Source: Candidatus Versatilivorator sp.
GTDB taxonomy: Bacteria > Acidobacteriota > Terriglobia > Versatilivoradales > Versatilivoraceae
NCBI GenBank assembly: GCA_965207735.1
Contig: OZ242296.1
Location: 4,288,001 to 4,352,000 of the forward strand
Length of the DNA: 64,000 nt
Direction: 5' to 3'
Made by a program: the position numbers and the translations under genes. Positions within the stretch are counted from its first letter, which is position 1; each line of letters opens with the position of its first letter. Shown piece after piece: positions 20,535-29,774 of this stretch. The notes under the pieces are model-generated. The model was not told the DNA's origin. It ran no database searches and saw only the letters and a program-made list of their open reading frames with translations.

Positions 20535-21395
20535 TTGTCAAACATGGATGCCACTCGAACCCAGCGCCTCCCCACCGAGGAAGAGGTCTTCGACCTTCAG
20601 ACCGGAAGCGGCCGGCAGACGCTCTCTAAAGAGGAGCAGCACTTCTTCGATACCGCCGGCTACGCCCTCCTGCCGGAAGTGCTGAAACCACCGCAGGCCG
20701 AGGCGGCCCGGCGAAGCCTCGATCGCCTGGCTCAGGCTCCGACCCCCGCGATCAGCTGCCGCCGGACGGAATGTTCCGAGCTTGAGCTGCTCAACATCAT
20801 CGAAGCCGGAGGCATCCTGGAAGACGCCATGGCCCTGGAGCCCGTGCAGCGCTACCTGCAGGGGCTCATCTGGGGACAGCAGTTTCGCTTGATTGCTTCC
20901 CGAGGAAGGATTCGAGGGATGAGGAGCCGCAGTCGCTTGACTCAGGGTGGGCAAGCCGACCCACGGCGATACGCGCGCTACCGTTGCGGTCCGGAGGGAG
21001 AGTTCAGATGCCTGTTGGTGACCTGCCTGATTGCGCTATGCGACACGACCGCAGATGATGGAGCCTTTTGCCTCATCCCCGGAAGCCACAAGTGCCACCT
21101 GCCCCATCCCTATTCCGAACGCGAACTGGAAGAAATCGCGCCCCTGCAGGATCTGCCCCTGGCGGCCGGCTCGGCAGTGGTCTTTACCGACAACGTCTCC
21201 CATGCCCTGAGGCCGCCCCGCCGGGACAGCCAGCACTGGCTCGAATTCCAGTACGGCCCTTCCTACATGGAGAACTGGCCCGGCTGTGAATTCTCGGCCG
21301 ACCTGCTGCAGCGCACCCAGGCCGACCCGGTCAAGTCCCACCTGCTGCTGGCCCCCTACTACCACCCCGCCGGATCCCAGAAGAAAATGGACTGA
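20535..21395 (+). CDS. PhyH family protein, divergent (first metal-binding His absent)
   Basis: EQHFFDTAGYALL, IALCD...DGAFCLIPGSHK, AGSAVVFTDNVSH; TQGG stands where the paralog has FHHG. Confidence 0.8.
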   Translation: MSNMDATRTQRLPTEEEVFDLQTGSGRQTLSKEEQHFFDTAGYALLPEVLKPPQAEAARRSLDRLAQAPTPAISCRRTECSELELLNIIEAGGILEDAMALEPVQRYLQGLIWGQQFRLIASRGRIRGMRSRSRLTQGGQADPRRYARYRCGPEGEFRCLLVTCLIALCDTTADDGAFCLIPGSHKCHLPHPYSERELEEIAPLQDLPLAAGSAVVFTDNVSHALRPPRRDSQHWLEFQYGPSYMENWPGCEFSADLLQRTQADPVKSHLLLAPYYHPAGSQKKMD

Positions 21396-21401
21396 CTGTT
21401 C

Positions 21402-22907
21402 TTATTGCTCTCGGGCCGTCTTCAGGGTCCGGTAGAGCAGCGCCCCCAGTTCATCGTAGAAGGCGAACTCGGTCTGAGCCGGCTTCCCTCCGGCCGGGGG
21501 ATGGACCCGCACCCGCAGGAAACCGCCGGACTGACCCCGCTGAGTGTACTTGTGGACGATCCTGCCCTCGGGGTCGGTTGAGTTCGGGTCACCGGGTGAA
21601 ATGGCCGCGAAGGCGTTGGCATCGCAGAGGGCTCCGCAGGCAAACTCTTCCACGCCGGCGGGATGGATGGCGTGATACTGCCAGTGGCGGTCACCGCAGA
21701 TGAGATAGAAATTCCTCTTCACCGGATTGTTCCGGTCCAACCAAGCGAAAAGCTCCCTGGCCTCGTGCTGAAACCCGCCGATGTTGGCGTGGCTGTCCCG
21801 CTTGGTGGCGCCGTCGGGACCCACCATGGCCGTGGGGGCGATCAGAATCTTGAAGGGGGCATCCGATTCCAGCAGCGTCTGCTTCAGCCAGGCGATCTGT
21901 TCCTTCCCCCACAGGGTCTTGCCCGGGCCGTCCTCCATGCTGTTGGGGCTGCGGTAGTCGCGGCCCTCAACCAGCCAGATCTGCAGCTCCCGACTGATCC
22001 GGTGAGTGCGGTAGGTCACCGCCTCCTTCTCCGCCGGATCCACTACCGGCACCTGCTCCCGAAAGATCTCGATGCCCAGGGCGTTGGAGGGCTGTTGAGC
22101 CTGTTCCGGATTCTCCCGGTCTTCCACCCAGGCGTGGTAGCCCTGCACGGGAGTGTGGGGATCCGAGTCGTTGAAGCGGTGGTCGTGGTCATCCTTTTCC
22201 CAGTAGGTGGGCACCTGCCGGAACAGCTCGATGAACCGCGGCTGCACGAACTGCTCGTGCCATTTTTTCCGCAATTCGGCGCGGGTTCGAGCACGAGAGT
22301 CCGCCGGATGGTCGTAGTAGACATTGTCTCCGGTCCCCACAAAGAAATCGGGCTTCATGCGCAGGATGGTGGCCAAGGCCGGATAGCCCAGAGGCTTGTC
22401 GTGGCCTTCGTACTTGGGTCGCTGAAACATGGGAGCGCCGTCCTGGAAAAAAGCATAGTTCATCCCCGTCACCACCACAAAGCTCACCACGGCGCTCCTC
22501 TGACTTCCGGCCAGGGTCTTGAAGGTGGCGCGGGGACCGAGCCTGGTATGTGCCCGATCGACACCGTAGCGCAGCCGGTAGTAGTAGCGCGTCGCCGGAG
22601 TCAATCCCGAAATCCGGGTCTTGACGATATAGTCGTTCCGAGGTACTGCGGTCATCCACTCGGTCACCCTCGGGTCTGCAGAGTCCTCTGCCACCGACAG
22701 CTCGAAACGGGCGACCCCGGGGCTGCCGGGGAGATCTCCATCCACCAGTGCCGTGCCCCGGGTCAGGCGGGACTGCAGAATCACGCTCGTCTCGGTGACC
22801 TCCCCCGCCATTTCCCCCTGGCCGTTGTAGACTTCGGCCGCGGAAAGGGTTCCGCCCGTCAACAAGAGGAGGACCGCGACGGCCTCGCTCAATGGATGGG
22901 ATCGCAT
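21402..22907 (-). CDS. PhoD-like (alkaline phosphatase D) metallophosphoesterase, secreted
   Basis: ATG at 22907 with AAGGAGG; signal peptide; GLTPATRYYYR, GTGDNVYYD, KDDHD, EGRDYRS, CGDRHWQY. Confidence 0.88.
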   Translation of the reverse strand: MRSHPLSEAVAVLLLLTGGTLSAAEVYNGQGEMAGEVTETSVILQSRLTRGTALVDGDLPGSPGVARFELSVAEDSADPRVTEWMTAVPRNDYIVKTRISGLTPATRYYYRLRYGVDRAHTRLGPRATFKTLAGSQRSAVVSFVVVTGMNYAFFQDGAPMFQRPKYEGHDKPLGYPALATILRMKPDFFVGTGDNVYYDHPADSRARTRAELRKKWHEQFVQPRFIELFRQVPTYWEKDDHDHRFNDSDPHTPVQGYHAWVEDRENPEQAQQPSNALGIEIFREQVPVVDPAEKEAVTYRTHRISRELQIWLVEGRDYRSPNSMEDGPGKTLWGKEQIAWLKQTLLESDAPFKILIAPTAMVGPDGATKRDSHANIGGFQHEARELFAWLDRNNPVKRNFYLICGDRHWQYHAIHPAGVEEFACGALCDANAFAAISPGDPNSTDPEGRIVHKYTQRGQSGGFLRVRVHPPAGGKPAQTEFAFYDELGALLYRTLKTAREQ

Positions 22908-23399
22908 GGTGAGCCTCCTTTGCACGACACCTGGTTTACTTTGCCGACCCGGATTATACCTGGATTGGGAAGTGATCTTCGGGGGTGGAGCCGCCTTCCC
23001 CCGCCATGTGAATAACAGGAACAATTCACATGGATGGACAAGAAATACAGGATGGCCTTTGAGAGTATGGCTTCCGTAATCGTAGGCATCATTTGAATGG
23101 ACCATTAACATCGATGCACAGGATGCACGGGATTTGGTTTCATCCGAGCAAGGACAGCCAATGGTTAATGAAGGAGATGAACCACCAATGGACACGAATG
23201 AACAGGAATAGGGATGGACCTCCTTCAATGACCAACCACGCCCGAATGCATCTGCGATATCGTGACCTTGACATCCCGGCGTCATGGGAGGAAGCCCACC
23301 CGGGAGCGCGGGCGGGCCGCTCTCGTCACAATTGCCCTTCAAGGGAGAGTCGGCGCAAACGAACTGGCTGGATGGTCGCCTTGGATCCCGATCTGACAA

Positions 23400-23680
23400 T
23401 CCCTTAGTGGCCCTTCGTCGTCCTTCGTGGCCCTTCGTGGTTCACTCTTTTTCTTTCGTCTTTTTTCGTTTGTTTCAGACAAGCCGGGCTCCCGCCGTGC
23501 CGGGCGGATCATTCGAGAGTGAAACAATCTGAAATCGACAATCCCTTCGCGAACTTGGTATCCCGTCTCGGTTAACCTCAGCGCCTTAGTGCCCCTTCGT
23601 CGTTCTTCGTGCCCCTTCGTGGACAAGTCTTTTTCTTTGTCGTTTGTCGGTTGTTTCAGGCAAGCCGGGCTCCCCTCCGG
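23400..23680 (+). repeat. Two tandem copies of a composite intergenic repeat (CTTCGT units, pyrimidine tract, TTGTTTCA element)
   Basis: CCTTAGTG.CCCTTCGTCGT.CTTCGTG.CCCTTCGTGG...TTGTTTCAG.CAAGCCGGGCTCCC occurs from about 23402 and again from about 23584. The complete 58-bp element is at 23470-23527. Confidence 0.85.
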
Positions 23681-23773
23681 ACAAGGCGGACGATCAGTCG
23701 ACCAGTTGACTCCGCCCGCGGTGTACTGGAGAATCACTTTTTCCTCAAGTGTTTCCTGCCTGGAGACCCAAGA

Positions 23774-25024
23774 ATGACAGCCGGCGACAGCCAGCCCTCC
23801 CACCACGCCAAGAGCAAGGCGGACTCACACCGGCGAAACCTGGCCCTGTTCGTGCTCGCCCTGGTAACCCTGCCCTCCTGCCAAGCCATGCTCCTGGTCT
23901 ACGGAACCCGCCTCAGGGAATACTTCGCCATCAACGCCGAGCAGTTCGGGACGCTGTTCGGCACCCGCGGCTTGGGCCGTATACCTGCCCTGTTGACCAT
24001 TGGCCCACTGCTGGCCCGTATGGGCGTCCGGCGGGTGACGGCGCTGGCCACTGTGGGAGCCGGGATCGCCTTCCTGATCCTGGCCGTGGGAGGGACCCTG
24101 CCGGCCTTCCGGGTGTCCATGCCGGCCATGGGCTTTTTTCTGGGACTCTCCGGCATTGCCATCCCCGCTTTTCTGATCTCGCTCTACCCGGATCGCAAGC
24201 GGCGCATCTTCTCTGTCATGCTGGTGGCCTCGGCGGCACCTTCCATACTGACTCCGCTGCTGGCCAACGAGTTGTTGAAGTGGTCGGACGGGCGCGGGGA
24301 CGGCGCTTTCGCCACCATTCTTCAGACCCCATTCGTTTTTTGCGGTGGAGCGCTGCTGCTGGGAGGCCTGCTGCTGGGTCTGGCCAAACTGAAGGAGTCC
24401 CGGACCGAGCTGGAAAAACCCCATCGCATCCGGGTCAGCCAGTTGCTGCACCTCCGTTCCCTGGCTATCGTTCTGATGCTGTCTCTCCACGCCGCCGCCG
24501 ACACCACCCTCTACACCTTCCTGCCCATGTTCATGGCCAGCCAGTTCAAGCACCTCCCGCTGCCCCCGGCCACGGCGGTTGCCGGACACGGCCTGGCCTA
24601 CGTGGCGACCCGGACTTTGCTGTCATTCTGGCCCGAGGGGAAGTGGCACCGGGGCATCCTGTGCCTGGCGGGACCGCTGGGTGGAACCACCATCATCCTG
24701 ACCCTCTGGTTCGGACCGGCGGTCTCGGTGCCGATTCTCTATACCCTGGCCAGCATGATGTTCGCCGCCGAGTACCCGGTGCTGGTCAGCGAAGTCTCCT
24801 CGGAGTCCATGGCCGAATTCGGCTCCATCGTGGCCGGCGGCATGCTGGTCAGCGAGTTGATCGGCTTCGTTCTTCTCAAGGGAACCGGCAGGCTGGCAGA
24901 CCTTACCGGCGATTTCCGGCTGGCGCTGAGCGTGGCGGCCTGCGGTTTCCTGGCTTTCGGCCTGATTGCAGCCCTGACGGGCCTGGGGAAACGGACCCGG
25001 CCCGGGCAACCCTCCAGCTCCTAG
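23774..25024 (+). CDS. MFS transporter
   Basis: About 12 hydrophobic segments; GPLLARMGVRR motif A; GRLADLTG. Confidence 0.85.
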   Translation: MTAGDSQPSHHAKSKADSHRRNLALFVLALVTLPSCQAMLLVYGTRLREYFAINAEQFGTLFGTRGLGRIPALLTIGPLLARMGVRRVTALATVGAGIAFLILAVGGTLPAFRVSMPAMGFFLGLSGIAIPAFLISLYPDRKRRIFSVMLVASAAPSILTPLLANELLKWSDGRGDGAFATILQTPFVFCGGALLLGGLLLGLAKLKESRTELEKPHRIRVSQLLHLRSLAIVLMLSLHAAADTTLYTFLPMFMASQFKHLPLPPATAVAGHGLAYVATRTLLSFWPEGKWHRGILCLAGPLGGTTIILTLWFGPAVSVPILYTLASMMFAAEYPVLVSEVSSESMAEFGSIVAGGMLVSELIGFVLLKGTGRLADLTGDFRLALSVAACGFLAFGLIAALTGLGKRTRPGQPSSS

Positions 25025-25054
25025 CCAGAATGTGCCTCAGACCGACAAGCAGCA

Positions 25055-25170
25055 AAAAGAGTTATCCACGAAGAAAATTGTTGATTGCTGATTTCTGATT
25101 GTTGATTGTTGATTGAGAAGCAAAGACAACTGATATCGCCTCAAATCGAAAATCTACAATCAAGATTCAG
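25055..25170. repeat. Inverted partial copy of the composite repeat plus a heptamer-periodic inverted repeat
   Basis: AAAAAGAGTTATCCACGAAG is the reverse complement of CTTCGTGGATAACTCTTTTT at about 56171. It is followed by (TTGATTG/CTGATTT)n and a complementary (AAATC/CAATC)n arm, between convergent genes. Confidence 0.7.
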
Positions 25171-25222
25171 TACTGCCCCGTTAAAGGTGCAGGGGTGGTC
25201 TTTCCCTGGACCTCCCCCGCCC

Positions 25223-26605
25223 TCAGCGCTGTTCAATGGATGTGGCCCCCCTGGGGCAGACCACGCCGCCAAACCAGGCTGTCACCAGGAAGCAGGCCAG
25301 CGGCACCGCGTAGGCAATCCTGATGCTGCCGGTCATGTCGGAGACCTGGCCCTGGAGGGCCGTCAGCACGGCTCCGCCCAGGATGGCCATGATCAGCCCG
25401 GCTCCCCCGATCTTGGTGTCCTCGCCAAGCCCCTGCACCGACAGGCCGAAAATGGTGGGAAACATCAGCGACATGCACCCCGATATCCCCACCAGGGCAT
25501 AAACCCCGGCAGGGCCTCCCGCCAGAATCACCCCCAGGGTGCAGCCGAAAATGGTGGGAAACATCAGCGACATGCACCCCGATATCCCCACCAGGGCATA
25601 AACCCCGGCAGGGCCTCCCGCCAGAATCACCCCCAGGGTGCAGCCCATGGCGATCAGGGACATCAGGCACAGCAAGGCCCCCGGACTCAGGAAGCGCATC
25701 AGCCAGGTGTTGACGAATCGAGAGACGGTGAAGAGAATCAGCGCCGCCAGGTAGTAACTGGCCGCCTGATCCTCGTTCAGCCCCAGCTCCAGCATCACGT
25801 AGCGAATGGTGAAGGACCACACCCCGATCTGGGCGCCCACGTAGAAAAACTGGGCTGCCACCCCCCAGCGGTAACGGGACACCCGGATCAGCCTTCCCAC
25901 GGTAGCCGCCAACTCCAGGTCGCCGCCGCTGTCGGCAGCCCGGGGCCAGCGGGTGGCGGCAATGAGGACCCATACCAGGGTCAGGAACAGGGCCACCGCC
26001 ACGTAGGGTTCCATGACCGCCGCCAACTCCTCGGATTGAATCCGGCCGAGCTGCTCCCGACTCATGGCGGCCCGATCCTCGGCGCCGGCCCGGTTCAGCT
26101 CGGAGAGAATGAACCACTTGCTGAGAAAGACCCCCAGGATGGATCCGATGGGATTGAAGGACTGGGCGAAATTCAATCGCCGTGTCCCGGATTCCTCCGG
26201 CCCCATGGCGATGATGTAGGGATTGGCGGCGGTCTCCAGGATGGAGAGGCCCCCCGCCAGGATGTAGAGGGCCAACAAAAAATGGGCGTAGCTCATGGTC
26301 TTGCTGGCCGGAAAGAAAAGCAGCGCTCCGCACACGAACAGGCCGAGTCCCAGGAGCACCCCGGCCTTGTAGGTCCACTTCTTGACGAACAGGGCCGCCG
26401 GCAGGGCCAGGCAGAAGTAAGATCCGTAGAAGGCGATCTGTATCCAGGAGGTCTGGAAGTCCGACAGGCTCATGATCCGCTTGAAGGCCGCCAGCAACGT
26501 ATCGGTCATGTTGTTGGCCAGTCCCCACCAGGCGAAGCAACTGGTGAGCAGGACAAAGGGCCACAGGGCACGGCGGGGGATCAGCACTTTCGAGGGGGTG
26601 TCCAT
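25223..26605 (-). CDS. fucP: L-fucose:H+ symporter (FucP family MFS) with an internal 33-aa duplication
   Basis: FVLLTSCFAWWGLANNMTD, QIAFYGSYF, LETAANPYI, RRLNFAQSFNPIG, QFFYVGAQ, SLMFPTIF, IMAILGGA. Confidence 0.85.
   Translation of the reverse strand: MDTPSKVLIPRRALWPFVLLTSCFAWWGLANNMTDTLLAAFKRIMSLSDFQTSWIQIAFYGSYFCLALPAALFVKKWTYKAGVLLGLGLFVCGALLFFPASKTMSYAHFLLALYILAGGLSILETAANPYIIAMGPEESGTRRLNFAQSFNPIGSILGVFLSKWFILSELNRAGAEDRAAMSREQLGRIQSEELAAVMEPYVAVALFLTLVWVLIAATRWPRAADSGGDLELAATVGRLIRVSRYRWGVAAQFFYVGAQIGVWSFTIRYVMLELGLNEDQAASYYLAALILFTVSRFVNTWLMRFLSPGALLCLMSLIAMGCTLGVILAGGPAGVYALVGISGCMSLMFPTIFGCTLGVILAGGPAGVYALVGISGCMSLMFPTIFGLSVQGLGEDTKIGGAGLIMAILGGAVLTALQGQVSDMTGSIRIAYAVPLACFLVTAWFGGVVCPRGATSIEQR
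25445..25645. repeat. Perfect 99-bp tandem duplication inside fucP
   Basis: 25445-25546 equals 25544-25645, with GCC microhomology at the junction. Confidence 0.95.
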
Positions 26606-26913
26606 TGCAGCCTCCAAACCGCCTGTCCAGCACGGGTTCTACAATTCCAGTGGGGCCGACGGGGGCTGTCTGCAGCCATTGCGGCTCGTGCAGACATGAC
26701 AAGGAGGCAAGGCTACTGGACTCGTGCGGTCGGATCAAGAGTTGGTGACGCCGCAAGCCAGACCGGCCTTCTTTCGAATTCCCTTTCGGAGGGACCCCGA
26801 CCCGCCTAGAATCGTTGCGCAAGGATCGTTGACGGAACCAGCAACGGTCCCGACACGACCCGTCCCGGTTGGGTGCCGTGGAGACACGGACCCGGACGAC
26901 AAGGGGGAAACGC

Positions 26914-29748
26914 ATGTCACTGTTGGTGAAGCAGAGAACCACTCGGATTGCCATCCCGATCCTGCTGGCCGCGCTCTGGACCGTGGTTCCGGGAGAAACC
27001 GGGTCCGACCGGGCATGGAAGACCTCCTCCTTCCTGGATTTCGTGGACGGCACCCTGACCGACGGTGGCGCCAACACCTACGTGGGGGCCGACGGCACGG
27101 TGCGGCTCGTCAACCTCTGGGACCTGAACGACGACGGCCAACTGGACCTCTTGTTCCCGAGCAGCCACGACCACAACGAGAAAGTGGACCTGTTCATCTA
27201 CTGGGGGAACTCGGGATTCGACTCCGCCGGCAAGACCCGGCTGCCCAGCAACGGGGGCAGAGCCGTGGCCATTGCCGACCTGAACCGGGACCGACATCCC
27301 GATCTCATATTGGTCAACCGCTTCAACGGCACCCGTAGCGATCTGGACTCCTACATCTACTGGGGCAGCCCGACAGGCTTCAAACCAAGCCGCCGCACGC
27401 TGCTGCCGACACGGGGCGCCGAGGCCGTGGCCGCCGCCGACCTTAACGGAGACGGCTGGCCGGAAGTGGTCTTCGCCAACAGCGGCTTGAGCTACCACGT
27501 TCCCGTGGACCGATTCAACCGGTCCTTCATCTACTGGGGCGCCCCGAGCGGCTACAGCCCGGATCGGCGCACCAGCTTGAAGACGGTGCTGGCCCGCGAC
27601 CTGGAGATCGCCGATCTGGACCGGGACGGCTCCCTCGACCTGGTCTTCGCCATTGAAGGAAACCGCGATGAAGAGTCGGGCGCCTGGATTTACTGGGGGG
27701 ACGGAAAAGGAGACTTCTCCGGGCGTCCGGTCACCAGGCTGCCCGGTGAGAGGAGCTCGGCAGTGGCCGCCAACGACCTCAACGGCGACGGCTGGCCGGA
27801 AGTGGTGCTGGCCAACCGCTTCAGGCTTCGGGCCCGGGAGATTGAAATCTACACCATCATCGATACGGTGGCCGTCGATTCCTACGTCTACTGGGGAAGC
27901 CCGGAGGGGTATGAGGCCGATAAGCCCAGCCGGTTGCCGACAGTGTCCGCTCTTGACGTGGAAGCAGCCGACCTCAACGGAGACCAAAGGCCCGACCTGG
28001 TCTTCGCCAACGGCGCCGGAGGGGCGTCCTACATCTATTGGGCATCGGCCGGCGGGTTCCACCCGCACAAGCGGTCGGCCCTTCCCACCTCGGAAGCTGC
28101 CGCCGTGGAAGTAGAGGATATCAATCGAGACGGCCATCCCGACCTGGTCTTCGCTCAGCGAGCGGACCGCCTGGCCCCGGACGACGGCTCACTCATCTAC
28201 TGGGGCAGTGACCAGGGATTCAGCCCCGACCGCACGCAGACGCTGCCCACCTTGAACGCCGCCGGAATCGCCATCGGAGACCTGGACTCCGACGGCAGCC
28301 CGGACCTGGTCTTCGCCAACAAGTCTGACGGAAGCCGCCGGGTGCCCTCCCTCCTCTACTGGGGAGCTCCCGAAGGCCGGTTCAGCCGGGAAGCGCGGTT
28401 GGAGCTCGGCAGCGGCGGCGCCGATTCCTACGCGGCGGCCGACCTGAACCGGGACGGATTCCCCGATCTCTTTCTCCCGGAAAAGCCCCCCGCCATCTAC
28501 TGGGGTGGCCGGGAGACCTATTCCCCCAGCCGGACTTCCACGGTGGACTCCGAGCTGGCGATTTCGGGAAGGTTCGCCGACTTCAATCGCGACGGCTACC
28601 TGGACCTGGCGCTGAGCGAGTGGCAGCCGGGACATGCGGAGACCAGTCTCCTCTGGGGAGGCCCCGGGGACTTTTCCCGGGACAACCGTTTTGTCTTCCA
28701 GGTGGGAGGGTTGCGCCACCACCACCTGGCCGACCTGGACCGCAACGGCTGGCCGGACCTCATCTTTACCAGCACCACCAGCCGGGAGATCGTTGTCTAC
28801 TGGAACGACCCGCAGGGCTTCGACAACACCCGCAAGACCCGCCTGCCCACCGGGGTCGCCGCCACCGTCGAAGTGGCCGACCTCAATGGGGACGGCTGGC
28901 TGGACCTCATCGTCCCCAACCTGTTCGATCCCGATCCGAGTCCCGACAAGCCTCAGTCCTTCGGCGGCTCCCCGCAGGGCAATACCTTCATCTACTGGGG
29001 CAGCCCCCAGGGCTATTCCTCGTCCTCCCGCCAGACTCTGCCTTCCGTCGGGAATGCCGACGTGGCCGTGGCCGACCTGGACCGGGACGGGCGTTTGGAC
29101 CTGGTGCTCACCAGCTACCACGCCGGCCACACCCGCAGCCACCCCTCCACCATCTATTGGAACAGCGACCAGGGGTTCCAGCCCGACCGGTTCACCCGGC
29201 TGCCCACCCACTCGGCCTCGGGCGTGCTGACGGCCGACTTCGACCGCAACGGCTACGAGGACATTCTCTTTTCCTGCCATTCCAGAGATGGGAACCACCG
29301 CAACCAGGCCTTTCTCTACTGGGGCGGCCCGGCCGGATTCTCGACCGAACGGCGCAGCCAGCTGCCGGTGCTGGGACCCCATTTCCTCAGCGTCATCGAC
29401 ATCGGCCACATCTACGACCGCGGCGACCGCTACGACTTCATCTCCCCGGCATTCGACGCGGGTCCCGGGGCCGTCTTCTCCACCCTGACTTGGAAGGGCG
29501 ACACCCCCTGGCGAACCGGGCTGGAGTTTCAGCTCCGTGCGGCCGAAACGCGCCAGGGCCTGGACGTCGCCCCCTGGCAGGGTCCCCGGGGGCCGGACAG
29601 CTTCTACCGAACCTCGCCGACCAGGATCGCAGGCCTGCCCCCAAAGGCCCGCTGGATCCAGTACAAGGCCAGCCTGATCAGCCCGGACTCCGCCAACAGC
29701 CCGGTGTTGCGATCGGTGTCGGTCGGGTATGGCCGGCAGGGTGAATGA
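26914..29748 (+). CDS. Secreted FG-GAP/VCBS repeat beta-propeller protein
   Basis: Signal peptide; about 14 repeats of ADL(N/D).DG..DL(V/I)F.N ... IYWG. Confidence 0.9.
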   Translation: MSLLVKQRTTRIAIPILLAALWTVVPGETGSDRAWKTSSFLDFVDGTLTDGGANTYVGADGTVRLVNLWDLNDDGQLDLLFPSSHDHNEKVDLFIYWGNSGFDSAGKTRLPSNGGRAVAIADLNRDRHPDLILVNRFNGTRSDLDSYIYWGSPTGFKPSRRTLLPTRGAEAVAAADLNGDGWPEVVFANSGLSYHVPVDRFNRSFIYWGAPSGYSPDRRTSLKTVLARDLEIADLDRDGSLDLVFAIEGNRDEESGAWIYWGDGKGDFSGRPVTRLPGERSSAVAANDLNGDGWPEVVLANRFRLRAREIEIYTIIDTVAVDSYVYWGSPEGYEADKPSRLPTVSALDVEAADLNGDQRPDLVFANGAGGASYIYWASAGGFHPHKRSALPTSEAAAVEVEDINRDGHPDLVFAQRADRLAPDDGSLIYWGSDQGFSPDRTQTLPTLNAAGIAIGDLDSDGSPDLVFANKSDGSRRVPSLLYWGAPEGRFSREARLELGSGGADSYAAADLNRDGFPDLFLPEKPPAIYWGGRETYSPSRTSTVDSELAISGRFADFNRDGYLDLALSEWQPGHAETSLLWGGPGDFSRDNRFVFQVGGLRHHHLADLDRNGWPDLIFTSTTSREIVVYWNDPQGFDNTRKTRLPTGVAATVEVADLNGDGWLDLIVPNLFDPDPSPDKPQSFGGSPQGNTFIYWGSPQGYSSSSRQTLPSVGNADVAVADLDRDGRLDLVLTSYHAGHTRSHPSTIYWNSDQGFQPDRFTRLPTHSASGVLTADFDRNGYEDILFSCHSRDGNHRNQAFLYWGGPAGFSTERRSQLPVLGPHFLSVIDIGHIYDRGDRYDFISPAFDAGPGAVFSTLTWKGDTPWRTGLEFQLRAAETRQGLDVAPWQGPRGPDSFYRTSPTRIAGLPPKARWIQYKASLISPDSANSPVLRSVSVGYGRQGE

Positions 29749-29774
29749 TGGGTCGGGAAAGATGAATCGCGCCC

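Noticed and set aside
22908-23399. N-terminal extension of the PhoD ORF and ORF 23339-23806
   Set aside because: These are translations of intergenic repeats; a strong AAGGAGG and signal peptide place the start at 22907.
23400-23700. CRISPR array suggested by GTTTCA...GAAAC ends
   Set aside because: Only two local copies, a 58-bp unit, homologous rather than unique intervening sequence, and no cas genes in the window.
25062-25070. DnaA box-like TTATCCACG (also reversed near 56175)
   Set aside because: Single mismatched boxes that are part of the dispersed repeat; there is no cluster or oriC context.
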